Below are positions 18,048-27,855 of a DNA stretch of 64,000 nucleotides, in pieces. Below the pieces are notes generated by a model that worked only from the letters and a program-made list of their open reading frames with translations, was not told the origin of the DNA and did not search any database. Every line of letters starts with the position of its first letter. The stretch's first letter is position 1. The stretch is from Microcoleus sp. (GTDB lineage Bacteria > Cyanobacteriota > Cyanobacteriia > Cyanobacteriales > Microcoleaceae). Location: positions 192,001 through 256,000 of the forward strand of contig CP181291.1 of assembly GCA_052279835.1 (NCBI GenBank), written 5' to 3'. A program made the position numbers and the translations under genes.

Positions 18048-18605
18048 CTAACTCCCCGAAAATAAAAACTCAGTAGCAACATTCCACTGACTACCATCAT
18101 GAATCAATAAAATCAACTCCGCAGCAGTAAACTCAAAAAAGATCGATCGCCCTTTGAACTCCAACCAAGCAGCATCAAAATTTGGCTTAGTTAAATCGCT
18201 AAACGCCACAGTCATATGCGGTACAAAAGAGCGAGTCTGAGAAACGCGATCGACAATTCCCAAATTTTCCCCAACATAACTCATCAAATCTGTTTGAAGT
18301 TCCAGCAATGCCGGCGATTTGACAACATCAACGTAAATGACGCGGGGCGCAAAAGCAGCAAAACCGGAGAGAGTAATCGGAATTGGTAAGCGCCCAGCAG
18401 CAAACCCCTTCAAACATTCCTCCAATTTAGGAACATCCGCCATAGCCCATTCAAAAGGAGGTTGCAGCGTGATGTGCGGTGGCGACTGCAAAGCGCGGCG
18501 GCTGTTGTAATGTTCCGCAAAATACTCTTTAATCTGAGTAATCTGCTGTTGAATCTCCAGAGGTGGCACCAAAGCAATGAAAAATCGCTGTTTTAATGGA
18601 TTCAT
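18048..18605 (-). CDS. 2H phosphoesterase (2'-5' RNA ligase family)
   Basis: Two HxT motifs: PPHITL and PHMTV. Confidence 0.88.
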   Translation of the reverse strand: MNPLKQRFFIALVPPLEIQQQITQIKEYFAEHYNSRRALQSPPHITLQPPFEWAMADVPKLEECLKGFAAGRLPIPITLSGFAAFAPRVIYVDVVKSPALLELQTDLMSYVGENLGIVDRVSQTRSFVPHMTVAFSDLTKPNFDAAWLEFKGRSIFFEFTAAELILLIHDGSQWNVATEFLFSGS

Positions 18606-18715
18606 AGGATAACTCAATAAAGGATGCTGGAACATGGAACATAGAGGATTTGCGTGATGGCCCACTTGCCCTCTGACTCATTCCCAATCTAAGATAAAAA
18701 ATCCCCAATAAAAAA

Positions 18716-18982
18716 ATGCCTTGGTTTGTCAAAATTGAGCAAGGAATTGTCGAAAAGCCTGTATTTGACCAGTACGTGCCAGCTCACAGAGCTTATGTCC
18801 GAGAGTTGATTTCTAAAGGACACCGAGCGAAAAGTGGCTACTGGGCAAGGAGAGGCGGTGGTATGTTGATGTTTGAGGCGGGTTCAATGGATGAGGCAAA
18901 GGCGATCGTCGCTCAAGACCCCCTGGTGAAGAACGGTTGCGTTAGTTATGAAATTTATCACTGGTGTGTGGTTGAAGAATAA
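18716..18982 (+). CDS. YciI-family protein
   Basis: AH..Y...L, SG, GGGML.F.A.S..EA..IV..DP.V. Confidence 0.8.
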   Translation: MPWFVKIEQGIVEKPVFDQYVPAHRAYVRELISKGHRAKSGYWARRGGGMLMFEAGSMDEAKAIVAQDPLVKNGCVSYEIYHWCVVEE

Positions 18983-19004
18983 ATAACTGTGTTATACTCA
19001 TAAA

Positions 19005-19100
19005 TGAACTGGACCCACGCGATTACAACGCCCAAATCTTGTCAGGACCGGAAGGTAGCAGCAACACGGGATGCTTGTGATAGGCGTGGTATCCGGTTCA
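19005..19100 (+). ncRNA. ffs: Small bacterial SRP RNA (4.5S)
   Basis: Conserved TCAGGACCGGAAGGTAGCAGC core within a long hairpin (TGAACTGGA-CCACGC ... GCGTGG-TCCGGTTCA); TATACT -10 at 18993-18998. Confidence 0.92.
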
Positions 19101-19125
19101 CCCAGTTTTTTGAGGTGTAGCTTCT

Positions 19126-19509
19126 ATGCCTGGTTTTGGAGATATTTTACAAAAAGCAGTTTACCTAGGCGTTGGGCTAGCTTCCTACGCTGGCGAAAAA
19201 GCAGGTAGCAAGCTAAATGAGTTGCGCGCTGAAGCTGAAAAGCTCTCGGAAGAATTGGTGAAGCGGGGCGAGATGTCCACGGAAGAAGCTCGTCGCTTTG
19301 TTGATGATATGGTGCAACAGGCTCAGCAGCAGCCCCAGTCAGTGGAACCGGCGGGGAATAAAAACACGACGGAACCGCGACGGATTGAAATTGTTTCTGA
19401 AGAAGAAGACGCTTCGCCAAAAGATGCTAAGGAAGCTGGTGGCGTGGACAAGCTGCGGGAACAGGTACAAAATTTACAAGACGAATTGCGACGGCTGAAG
19501 CGAGATTAA
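19126..19509 (+). CDS. Phasin-like coiled-coil protein
   Basis: KAVYLGVGLASYA.EK...LV.RGEM..EEARRFVDD pattern. Confidence 0.7.
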   Translation: MPGFGDILQKAVYLGVGLASYAGEKAGSKLNELRAEAEKLSEELVKRGEMSTEEARRFVDDMVQQAQQQPQSVEPAGNKNTTEPRRIEIVSEEEDASPKDAKEAGGVDKLREQVQNLQDELRRLKRD

Positions 19510-19750
19510 ACCGCAAACAGTGCGATATCAAAGCATAAAGGGAACTTAGAGTCAAGCTCTTGAGTTCCCTTTTTGAATATCTACCCCATAATCTCAAATC
19601 AAATGTGGACGGATCTGAGGCAAGAGGTAATAGAATTGTGAGTAGGGTATCAGCACTTTGCAGTTTTTGCGTCAGTGCTGTGTAACTCACCATCAAATTC
19701 TTTCCAAGGACTAAAGTCCTCACTACAAACTGAAGTAACCTTACAAATTC

Positions 19751-20194
19751 ATGGAAGATTGGTCAAAAGGTTTTTTTGAAGTAATCGAAAATGCTGCGTC
19801 TGAAGTAGAGCATTTTTTCACGGATATGAACGAAGATTTTGCTGAAATGCTGGAGGTGTTGACCAAGATTTCGGAAGAGTTTACAGAACAAGTACAGCAT
19901 AATCTGATTAATGAGATTGATGTTTATTTTAATGAGTTTGACGGATATTTCAATGAATTAATAGAACCGATAATTGAGGTTTACCGCGAATTCGAGCAGG
20001 ATTTTGATGAGATAGATTCTTCTTTTGTGACTTATGTAGACCCTTCGCCCATACAACAGCAGGCTTGTCGCGGTTGTCGAAACTATCACGGTCAAGTTTA
20101 TGGGGGAAATTTGTTGGTTTGTGCGATGCACCCTAGCGGTGTGGAATCAGAAGTTTGTCCAGATTGGGAATCTGACGGCGATAATAATTTTTAA
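19751..20194 (+). CDS. Conserved cyanobacterial hypothetical protein with Cys-rich C-terminus
   Basis: Acidic N-terminus; C.GC.NYHGQVYGGNLLVCAMHP.G.....CPDW. Confidence 0.7.
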   Translation: MEDWSKGFFEVIENAASEVEHFFTDMNEDFAEMLEVLTKISEEFTEQVQHNLINEIDVYFNEFDGYFNELIEPIIEVYREFEQDFDEIDSSFVTYVDPSPIQQQACRGCRNYHGQVYGGNLLVCAMHPSGVESEVCPDWESDGDNNF

Positions 20195-20218
20195 TGGTTT
20201 TTGAGGGGTTAATGGCTT

Positions 20219-20785
20219 ATGGTAATGTTAATTCAATCTCCGTCAAAAATTTCTCTAGAAGAGTTTTTGCTGCTTCCAGAAACTGAGCCGCCTAGCGAGT
20301 ATTTTGATGGTCAAATTTATCAGAAAGATATGGCACAAGGAAAACATAGTACATTACAAACCCGTTTTGCAAATAGAGTTAATCAGGTGGGAGAACTACC
20401 AAAGTTAGCATTTGCTTTTTCAGAATTACGCTGCTCTTTTGATGGACGTTCTATTGTTCCAGATATCGCAGTGTTCGAGTGGGATCGGATTCCTTTGAAT
20501 ACTCAGGGAGAAATTGAAAATAGGTTTGAAATTGCGCCGGATTGGATAATTGAGATTTTATCACCGGAGCAAACTTCTACTCGCGTGATTAATAAGATTC
20601 TGTTTTGCCTCAAAAATAACACTAAATTAGGTTGGCTGATTGACCCGGAAGAAAAATTAGTCATTGTATTTAAACCTCAGCAGCAACTTGAAATTAAAGA
20701 GAATGAAGATGTTTTACCTGTACTCGATGTGCTGTCTGGTTTGCAATTGTCGGCCGCCAATTTGTTTGATCTGTTAAAGTTTTAA
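20219..20785 (+). CDS. Uma2-family endonuclease
   Basis: SLEEFL.LPET.P, ELRC.F.GRSIVPD, APDWIIEILSP. Confidence 0.9.
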   Translation: MVMLIQSPSKISLEEFLLLPETEPPSEYFDGQIYQKDMAQGKHSTLQTRFANRVNQVGELPKLAFAFSELRCSFDGRSIVPDIAVFEWDRIPLNTQGEIENRFEIAPDWIIEILSPEQTSTRVINKILFCLKNNTKLGWLIDPEEKLVIVFKPQQQLEIKENEDVLPVLDVLSGLQLSAANLFDLLKF

Positions 20786-20840
20786 TTAGAAATTAGTTAC
20801 GGTTGAATCAGGATAATATTGCATCTAACTGTATTTAAAA

Positions 20841-22232
20841 GTGAATCTATCGATCGCCAATAATCCCCAATTCGGGTTTCCGAAAATGCCGCCATCGCTA
20901 CAATTGCGGCCATATCAGCGAGTTGCGGTGGCTAATTGGTTTGCAAATAATGGACGCGGTACGCTGAAGATGGCTACGGGTAGCGGTAAGACGATTACTG
21001 CACTGGCGATCGCCACTGAATTATACCAAAAAATTAACCTGGAAGTCCTCCTGGTAATTTGCCCCTATTGCCATCTAGTGAGTCAGTGGGGGCGCGAATC
21101 GGAAAAATTTGGTTTAAAACCTATTTTGGCTTTTGAAGAAGGCCGCAGTTGGCAAAATCAATTAAGTACGGCTTTGTATGAAGTGCGATCGGGCGATCGG
21201 CTATTTTTGACAATTATCACTACTAACGCCACATTAATGTCCGATAGCTTGCAATCTCAACTGCGCTATTTTCCAGAAAAAACCCTAATTATTGGAGACG
21301 AAGTTCACAACTTGGGCGCGCCCCGTTTAGGACAAAGTTTACCCCGGAATATTGGGCTACGCCTCGCCCTTTCCGCCACCCCAGAAAGATATTTTGACGA
21401 ACAGGGAACCGAAGCTATTTTAGATTATTTCGGTCCTGTTTTGCAGCCGGAGCTCACCTTGCGAGATGCCATCCGCCAAAAAGCATTAGTACATTATTTA
21501 TACTATCCCATTTTAGTAGAATTAACCGCCACCGAAAGTCGCAAATATTCCTACTTAACTAAAAAAATTGGCTGGGTACTTTCGGGGGATGAAAAAGTAG
21601 CAGAAAACGATGCTTTAACAACTTTATTAATCCAGAGAGCCAGGTTAATTGGGGCGGCTGGTAATAAGTTAATAGCTTTGCGAGAATTAATGATTCACCG
21701 TCTCGATACTGCACACACTTTATTCTACTGTGGCGACGGTGCGACGGAAGGGGCAACGCGCAAAAATAACAACCGCCAACTAACAGAAACCACCAAGTTA
21801 CTCGGTGCAGAATTAGGCTACCGAGTTAACACTTATACTGCCGCCACACCTTTAGCAGAAAGAGAACGATTGCGACGACAATTTGAAACCGGAGAATTGC
21901 AAGGTTTGGTAGCGATTCGGTGTTTAGATGAAGGGGTTGACATTCCAGCAATTCGCAACGCCGTAATTTTAGCCAGCAGCAGCAACCCGCGCCAGTTTAT
22001 TCAGCGTCGCGGGCGAATTTTGCGGCCGCATCCGGGAAAGGAAAGAGCAACTTTATTTGACATGATAGTTTTACCTCCCGATTTAGGTAGAGAAACTTTA
22101 GAAGTGGAACGCAATTTGCTCAGAAAGGAGTTAAAGCGGTTCTTAGAATTTGCCGATTTGGCTGACAACGCTGGGGAAGCTAGGGTGAAATTGCTACAAC
22201 TTCAGAAGCGGTATGGTTTGTTAGATATTTGA
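20841..22232 (+). CDS. SF2 DEAD/DEAH helicase (type III Res-like; DNA phosphorothioation-associated restriction enzyme family)
   Basis: LRPYQ, MATGSGKT, DEVH, LSATPER, CLDEGVDIP, QRRGRILR; located in a dnd neighbourhood. Confidence 0.85.
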   Translation: MNLSIANNPQFGFPKMPPSLQLRPYQRVAVANWFANNGRGTLKMATGSGKTITALAIATELYQKINLEVLLVICPYCHLVSQWGRESEKFGLKPILAFEEGRSWQNQLSTALYEVRSGDRLFLTIITTNATLMSDSLQSQLRYFPEKTLIIGDEVHNLGAPRLGQSLPRNIGLRLALSATPERYFDEQGTEAILDYFGPVLQPELTLRDAIRQKALVHYLYYPILVELTATESRKYSYLTKKIGWVLSGDEKVAENDALTTLLIQRARLIGAAGNKLIALRELMIHRLDTAHTLFYCGDGATEGATRKNNNRQLTETTKLLGAELGYRVNTYTAATPLAERERLRRQFETGELQGLVAIRCLDEGVDIPAIRNAVILASSSNPRQFIQRRGRILRPHPGKERATLFDMIVLPPDLGRETLEVERNLLRKELKRFLEFADLADNAGEARVKLLQLQKRYGLLDI

Positions 22233-22413
22233 CATTTATTAGGGTGTGGTTTATGTTAATAATTAGAAGATAGAGGCGAACAATGATTGTACAGTCTACT
22301 GTTTAGCCCTTCGGATCTTACCTTGATTTAAGTGAATTTACTGATAATATAATTATTTTAAGCACCCTTGAGTGATTTTTTTAAGAATCGGGAAAAAGTT
22401 GAGGTTTAATTTG

Positions 22414-22698
22414 ATGGAAAACTTGAGAGAAAGTTGGATAGAAAATCAGAGCAGTACATATAAATATGGAAACAGCCAGACTCCGACAATATCAACAGAA
22501 ATATTAGCCGAAAAGCGCTCTCCTTATCAAATAGAAAACGATCTCTCCGACGTACAGGAACCGATTATTAACGCGCCGCCGGAAGTGCGGCAAATTATTG
22601 AGCGGGTATTGGAAATTGAGAAAGATAAGCTATACATGAAATCTCCCCGCTATATCAGCGATGACATTTTGAAAATAATTAAGGAAGCGGTTATATGA
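22414..22698 (+). CDS. Small hypothetical protein translationally coupled to the SMC-like ATPase
   Basis: ATGA overlap with 22695; helical C-terminus PEVRQIIERVLEIEK.KL. Confidence 0.65.
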   Translation: MENLRESWIENQSSTYKYGNSQTPTISTEILAEKRSPYQIENDLSDVQEPIINAPPEVRQIIERVLEIEKDKLYMKSPRYISDDILKIIKEAVI

Positions 22699-24761
22699 AG
22701 TTAATTTCCCTTGTTTTGTGCAATTTTCGCCAGTTTTACGGCAAAAGTCCCGAAATTAAGCTGGCTGGTGGTAAGCAAAATACTACCGTGATTCACGGCA
22801 ATAATGGATCGGGAAAAACTGCTTTGATGAATGCGTTTACCTGGGTACTTTACGAAAAATTTAGCGCCGCTTTTGCTGCAAAAGAGCAATTAGTAAACAA
22901 GCGGGCTCTAGCTGAGGCAGAAATAGGGAAAAAAGTATCTTGCTGGGCAGAAATTGTGTTTGAGCACGACAGCACCCGCTACAAAGCCCATCGTATTTGT
23001 CGCGCTTACAAAAGTGAAAACTCGGTTGAACTAAGCGACAGCGAATTGTCACTGACTGTAGCCAAAGATGACGGGCGCTGGATACCGACGGCGCAGCACG
23101 CTGAGGATATTATCGGACGGATTTTGCCGGAAAGTTTGCATCAATATTTCTTTTTTGATGGAGAAAGAATCGAACAAATTGTCCGACAAGACAACAAGGC
23201 AGAAATTGCTGAAGCTACTAAGGAGTTGCTGGGCGTAGAAGTGTTGAATCGTTCGATTCGGCATTTAGGAGATGCCAAAAAGTCTTTAGAAACAGATTTA
23301 AAAATAGTTGGTAATGCGGAAAGCAAAAAATTATTAACTGATAAAGATAAATGCGAATTAGAAATTGAAAAACTTGCCAAGCGTCAAGTCGAGATTGAGG
23401 GTGAGTTGGTAAGCCAAGGCGAGTTAAAAAGAGCCATTAGCGGGAATTTGTTGGAACTCAGCGGTGCTGGGGAAATGCAAAGGCTGCGAGATGAATTGGA
23501 AATGCAGAAAGCTTTGCTCAAACAACAGATTAGCCGGTGTTTAGATGCTATCAAGCGCTCGGTTTCTGTGCGGGGTTATGTGGTGTTTTTATCGGAAGCT
23601 GCGACGGATTTTCAAGTAATTATTGGAGGTTTGCGAAAAAAAGGTGAGTTGCTGTCGGGGATTCAGCAGCCGTTTCTGTCAGAGTTGTTAGCGAGGGAAA
23701 GGTGCATCTGTGGTGCGGAATTAATCGAGGGTTCGGAAGCTCATGCAGAGGTGAGCGGTTGGATGGATAAAGCGGGGGTTGGTGATGTGGAAGAAACTAC
23801 GATTCGGATTAGCGATCGCGTCCATGAAATCGACAGACAAATTGCTGATTTTTGGGAAGAAGTTGATAATCATCAAGCTAATATTAAGGCCAGCAGAAGC
23901 GAACTTTCTAGGGTGGAAAATCAGTTAGATGATATTCACAACAAGCTGCGAAATTATCCTGACACCGATGTCAGTGGCTTGCAAAAGCGCTTGGATGAAA
24001 TTGAAATTGCCATTGGCGATTTGCACCGAGAAACTGGCTTTAACCAGCAGCAAATTGAGAGTGCGAGGGCGCAGATGGCGAGTTTAAATAAGCAAATTGA
24101 CAAGCAGCAAATGAATGAGGAGAAGCAAATTTTGGCTCAGCGGCGGATTGCTGCTACTCAGGATGCGATCGATCGCCTAACTGAAGTGCGATCGCGTTTG
24201 GAAAAACAGTTTTGTTCTCAGCTAGAAAACAGAATTCAAGATATTTTTAGTCAAATTTCTTTTACTCCTTATATTCCAAAATTAAGCGATAAATACGAAT
24301 TGACATTAGTAGAAAATACTTCGGGTAAACCAGCTTTGGTTGCTGCTTCTACTGGGGAAAATCAAATTCTCAGTTTGTCGTTTATTGGGGGAATTATTGA
24401 GGGGGTGCGGGAGTGGAGTCAAAAAAATACTTTGATGGGCCCGGATAGCAGTACATTTCCCATTGTGATGGACTCTCCCTTTGGTAGTTTGGACGAAATT
24501 TATCGGAAACAAATTGCGAAAAAGTTGCCTAAGTTAGCGAATCAATTGGTAATTTTGGTAACAAAAACTCAGTGGCGGGGAGAAGTCGCGCAAGAGATGG
24601 AAAATTGCACTGGGAGAGAATATGTACTTGTTTACAATTCTCCTAAACCTGATTGCGAAGAAGATGCGATCGAACTGGGTGGTTCGCGCTATCCTTTAGT
24701 TAAGCACAGTCCCAATGAGTTTGAATATACGGAAATTGTAGAGGTGGATTATGGCTTCTAA
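22695..24761 (+). CDS. SMC/Rad50-like ABC ATPase with CxC hook (DndD-related)
   Basis: NFRQFYG, Walker A GNNGSGKT, FFFDGE, coiled coil with CICG, signature STGE, Walker B/D-loop MDSPFGSLD. Confidence 0.85.
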   Translation: MKLISLVLCNFRQFYGKSPEIKLAGGKQNTTVIHGNNGSGKTALMNAFTWVLYEKFSAAFAAKEQLVNKRALAEAEIGKKVSCWAEIVFEHDSTRYKAHRICRAYKSENSVELSDSELSLTVAKDDGRWIPTAQHAEDIIGRILPESLHQYFFFDGERIEQIVRQDNKAEIAEATKELLGVEVLNRSIRHLGDAKKSLETDLKIVGNAESKKLLTDKDKCELEIEKLAKRQVEIEGELVSQGELKRAISGNLLELSGAGEMQRLRDELEMQKALLKQQISRCLDAIKRSVSVRGYVVFLSEAATDFQVIIGGLRKKGELLSGIQQPFLSELLARERCICGAELIEGSEAHAEVSGWMDKAGVGDVEETTIRISDRVHEIDRQIADFWEEVDNHQANIKASRSELSRVENQLDDIHNKLRNYPDTDVSGLQKRLDEIEIAIGDLHRETGFNQQQIESARAQMASLNKQIDKQQMNEEKQILAQRRIAATQDAIDRLTEVRSRLEKQFCSQLENRIQDIFSQISFTPYIPKLSDKYELTLVENTSGKPALVAASTGENQILSLSFIGGIIEGVREWSQKNTLMGPDSSTFPIVMDSPFGSLDEIYRKQIAKKLPKLANQLVILVTKTQWRGEVAQEMENCTGREYVLVYNSPKPDCEEDAIELGGSRYPLVKHSPNEFEYTEIVEVDYGF

Positions 24762-25407
24762 TTCGGGAATTACACAGGTTTTGGAAACAGATATTTGGGT
24801 GAAAGCAACTTGGGAAGAGTTTCTAGCCTTCGCTGAGGATTCAGCTTGGGAAAAAGGCAATTTTTATTACGATCGAGAACAAATGAGGATAGAAATGTCA
24901 CCAGTAGGGCCATTGCACGCGCGTCATAATTCAATTATCCCGTATGTAGTTATTCTGTTTGCTGCATTGAAAAATATCCGAGTAGTTCAATTTGCTAATG
25001 CCAGTTTCCGCAAAGTAGGTATTCGTGAGTTTCAACCCGATCTAGCTTACTACATCGGTTCGGATTTGAGGGTTCCTCCTAATGACAGTAATTCACCTGT
25101 TAATTTGAATGAATACGATCCGCCTAATTTGGTAATAGAAATTGGCGCATCTTCTTTTAGTGATGATTTGGGTAACAAGCGGTTGCTTTATGAAGACGCA
25201 GGAATTAGCGAATATTGGGTTGAACGTGCAAACACGCGGGAGGTGTTTGCCTTTGCAATTAATGGCGGAGGTAGTGGCAGGATTCAACAGTCGCGGGTTT
25301 TACTTGGGCTAGAAATCGCGTTAGTTGAGGAAGCTTTGAATCGGAGTCAAACTCAAGATGATGGAGAAATTAATCGCTGGTTGATTCAAACTTTTAGTCA
25401 AGGTTAA
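24751..25407 (+). CDS. Uma2-family endonuclease
   Basis: QPDLAYYIG, PPNLVIEIG, KRLLYE..GISEYWV. Confidence 0.88.
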   Translation: MASNSGITQVLETDIWVKATWEEFLAFAEDSAWEKGNFYYDREQMRIEMSPVGPLHARHNSIIPYVVILFAALKNIRVVQFANASFRKVGIREFQPDLAYYIGSDLRVPPNDSNSPVNLNEYDPPNLVIEIGASSFSDDLGNKRLLYEDAGISEYWVERANTREVFAFAINGGGSGRIQQSRVLLGLEIALVEEALNRSQTQDDGEINRWLIQTFSQG

Positions 25408-25411
25408 AGGA

Positions 25412-25741
25412 GTGTTAGAGGTGGGGAAAGAGTATCATAAGTTGGTGCGCGATCGCATTCCTGAAATTATTCGAGAAAATGGTATTGAATGCGAAGTTAC
25501 TGTTTTGTCCGAAGCCGAATACTGTCAAGCTTTGCGGCAGAAATTGATGGAAGAAGCTGGGGAAGTGGCGGAGGCTGAGGGGGAAGATTTGGTGGCGGAA
25601 TTGGCTGATTTGTATGAGGTGATAGATGCGCTGATGGCGAGTAGTGGCATTTCGGGCGATCGCATTTTGAAAGCACAAATCAAGCGCCGGGAAGAAAGAG
25701 GCGGTTTTGCACAAAAAATCATGTTGTTGCGGACATTGTGA
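25412..25741 (+). CDS. MazG-like nucleoside triphosphate pyrophosphohydrolase
   Basis: YHKLVRDRIPEII, KL.EEA.E, ELADLYEVI, KREERGGF. Confidence 0.85.
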   Translation: MLEVGKEYHKLVRDRIPEIIRENGIECEVTVLSEAEYCQALRQKLMEEAGEVAEAEGEDLVAELADLYEVIDALMASSGISGDRILKAQIKRREERGGFAQKIMLLRTL

Positions 25742-25820
25742 GTAATTTTAATACTAAATTTATCATGAGAATTTGACGCTTGGTTTTGCCAAGATATATA
25801 ATAGTTACAAACTACAAATT

Positions 25821-26297
25821 ATGGCAATGGCTGCTAACAAAATTAGAATTGCTAAAGATAAAGCGGATTTCGTCAAATCTTTAACTTTATCTGATAACAA
25901 CACTGGTCCTTTCCAGACTTACGCCGATGTCATTGCCTTTGCTGCATCCTTGGGAAATAAGCGGAAAAAACGTTTACGTTTGGGGGAAATTTCTAAACGA
26001 GAACCGGGGGCGATCGATGTTGATATTTTTGTCTCTAGGGGTTACGATATGGTGATTAAGTTAATTGCGATCGCCGAAACTAAAAATCCTCAAATTCTCT
26101 CCCATCTCGACGGAGAATTGGAAGCGCAACGCTTGCAAATTTTTGAAGAATATGCTAACGGCGGGTTGGAAATATTGCGAGAAGAGTTTCGGGGTGCGGC
26201 GGATTATACAGACAGACTGTTGTTATTTTTAATCACGGAAAAAGATAATCAACATCGGTCAAATGAAGAATTCGATTTAAGCAAGTTCTTATTCTAA
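25821..26297 (+). CDS. DNA phosphorothioation-associated protein 4
   Basis: IRIAKDKA..VK.L, F.TYADV.AFAA.LG, IFEEYANGGLEIL; dnd context. Confidence 0.75.
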   Translation: MAMAANKIRIAKDKADFVKSLTLSDNNTGPFQTYADVIAFAASLGNKRKKRLRLGEISKREPGAIDVDIFVSRGYDMVIKLIAIAETKNPQILSHLDGELEAQRLQIFEEYANGGLEILREEFRGAADYTDRLLLFLITEKDNQHRSNEEFDLSKFLF

Positions 26298-26307
26298 TAG
26301 CTTTTCA

Positions 26308-27354
26308 ATGAATTACCTACCAGAAAATATCCTCAACAGATACTTCAAGCAATCTGCAAAAATTTTCGCTTACAGCTACTTAGCATTAATTATTGGCTAT
26401 TTAATTCTCAAACTAATTTTTTGGGACAGGCTGTGGATTATAGCCTTGATTAGCACTTTTATACCCTTGATTTTTTTCCCAACTTTCCTGCTTCCCATCA
26501 TCGGATTCTCAATTATCCAAAAAAGATGGTTTACGATAATTTCGGCGATCGCCTGCATTATCCTCATAAGTTGGCTGCACGTCAAATACTTTTCTCCCGC
26601 ACGAGTCAACATCACAAATTCGCAGCCCGGTCTCAAAATTTTATCCCATAACCTCGGTTGGTATACCACACAATCGCCAACTTTAATTAAACTAATTGAA
26701 AGGGAAAAACCTGACATTATCTTTCTACAAGAAATCGTCGAGAAGCATATCGAAAGAGCTTTCACCTGGTTAAAAGTAGACTACCCCTATCAAATTGGCA
26801 TTCCCCCAGTAGGAATTCTCAGTAAATATCCAATTGTATCTAGCGAAATATTGAACTTAGCTGGTCATCCAGAAACGCAGCAGCGAGCAATTATTAACTT
26901 CAACCAACAAAAAATAGTCCTTTATAATATGCAAGCCACAGGGCCCTGGTTTCGGAAATCTAAAGTATTGCCTTTAGTCAGAATTCCTGTTTACAAATAT
27001 GCCAAACGCGCTCCCGAAATTCAAGATTTAGTAGAACGAGTCCAGACAGAAACTTTGCCCGTAATTGTCGCCGGTGATTTTAATATGACAGAGGAAACTC
27101 AAGACTATCACAATGTGCAAAAAGTCATGCAAGATGCTTTCAGAAAATCGGGATTCGGGTTTGGTTTTACCTGGCCTCACGGTTGGCAACTTAAGTTCTT
27201 GATTAAAAGCTTGAATTGGAAATTAAATTATCCTGTTTGTCGGATTGATTATATTTGGTATTCAAAGCATTGGGGTGCGAAATCAAGTTCGGTTGTACAA
27301 GCAACAGAGTCCGATCATTTGCCTGTAGCAGCGGAATTAGTTTTGTTACAATGA
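26308..27354 (+). CDS. Membrane-anchored endonuclease/exonuclease/phosphatase family protein
   Basis: N-terminal TMs; SHN, PDIIFLQE, AGDFN, RIDYIW, SDHLP. Confidence 0.88.
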   Translation: MNYLPENILNRYFKQSAKIFAYSYLALIIGYLILKLIFWDRLWIIALISTFIPLIFFPTFLLPIIGFSIIQKRWFTIISAIACIILISWLHVKYFSPARVNITNSQPGLKILSHNLGWYTTQSPTLIKLIEREKPDIIFLQEIVEKHIERAFTWLKVDYPYQIGIPPVGILSKYPIVSSEILNLAGHPETQQRAIINFNQQKIVLYNMQATGPWFRKSKVLPLVRIPVYKYAKRAPEIQDLVERVQTETLPVIVAGDFNMTEETQDYHNVQKVMQDAFRKSGFGFGFTWPHGWQLKFLIKSLNWKLNYPVCRIDYIWYSKHWGAKSSSVVQATESDHLPVAAELVLLQ

Positions 27355-27402
27355 ATTTGAGTCATATGTTAATATAAGTATTAGGTGAAATGCTTAACCC
27401 TA

Positions 27403-27591
27403 ATGCCTACTAATGCCCAGCTAGAGAGTTTATATCGCATCTGTTATCAATTGACCTATACAATGCTTCAGCCCATCCATCTTATTTGTGTTGACGATCG
27501 CACTCATAACGTGTACATATTGGCTGGCTACGATGAAGAGCTTGAGTTCCAAATTTTACCAAATGGGGAGTTTGCTGATGAGCCAAGTTAA
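27403..27591 (+). CDS. DUF6888-like small protein
   Basis: MPT.AQL...Y.IC..LT...QPIHL..VD.RT..VYILAG; overlaps its partner gene. Confidence 0.6.
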   Translation: MPTNAQLESLYRICYQLTYTMLQPIHLICVDDRTHNVYILAGYDEELEFQILPNGEFADEPS

Positions 27592-27793
27592 CTATAATGC
27601 AATGTCTAACTCTGAATTGAAACAGTATTTTCTGAAACATCGTGGAGATAGAGCAGCTTTTCAGGCGTACCTAGACAGAATAAATCAGCATCCGCTGAGG
27701 ATTATTGCAAGTCCCGGCGATCCAGATTTTGATGAGAAAGTTCAAGCTGCAATCCGTCGAAAATTAGAAGCAGCAAGAAATAGCAGCAGGTGA
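27578..27793 (+). CDS. DUF6887-like small protein
   Basis: NY.AMS..ELKQY.L.HR.D..AF.AY.DR; overlapping pair resembling a TA module. Confidence 0.65.
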   Translation: MSQVNYNAMSNSELKQYFLKHRGDRAAFQAYLDRINQHPLRIIASPGDPDFDEKVQAAIRRKLEAARNSSR

Positions 27794-27855
27794 ATAAAGC
27801 TAGGAATACAGTAGTGTCGTATCCCGTATTTCATCCTACTTTTCCCAGTAAAAAA

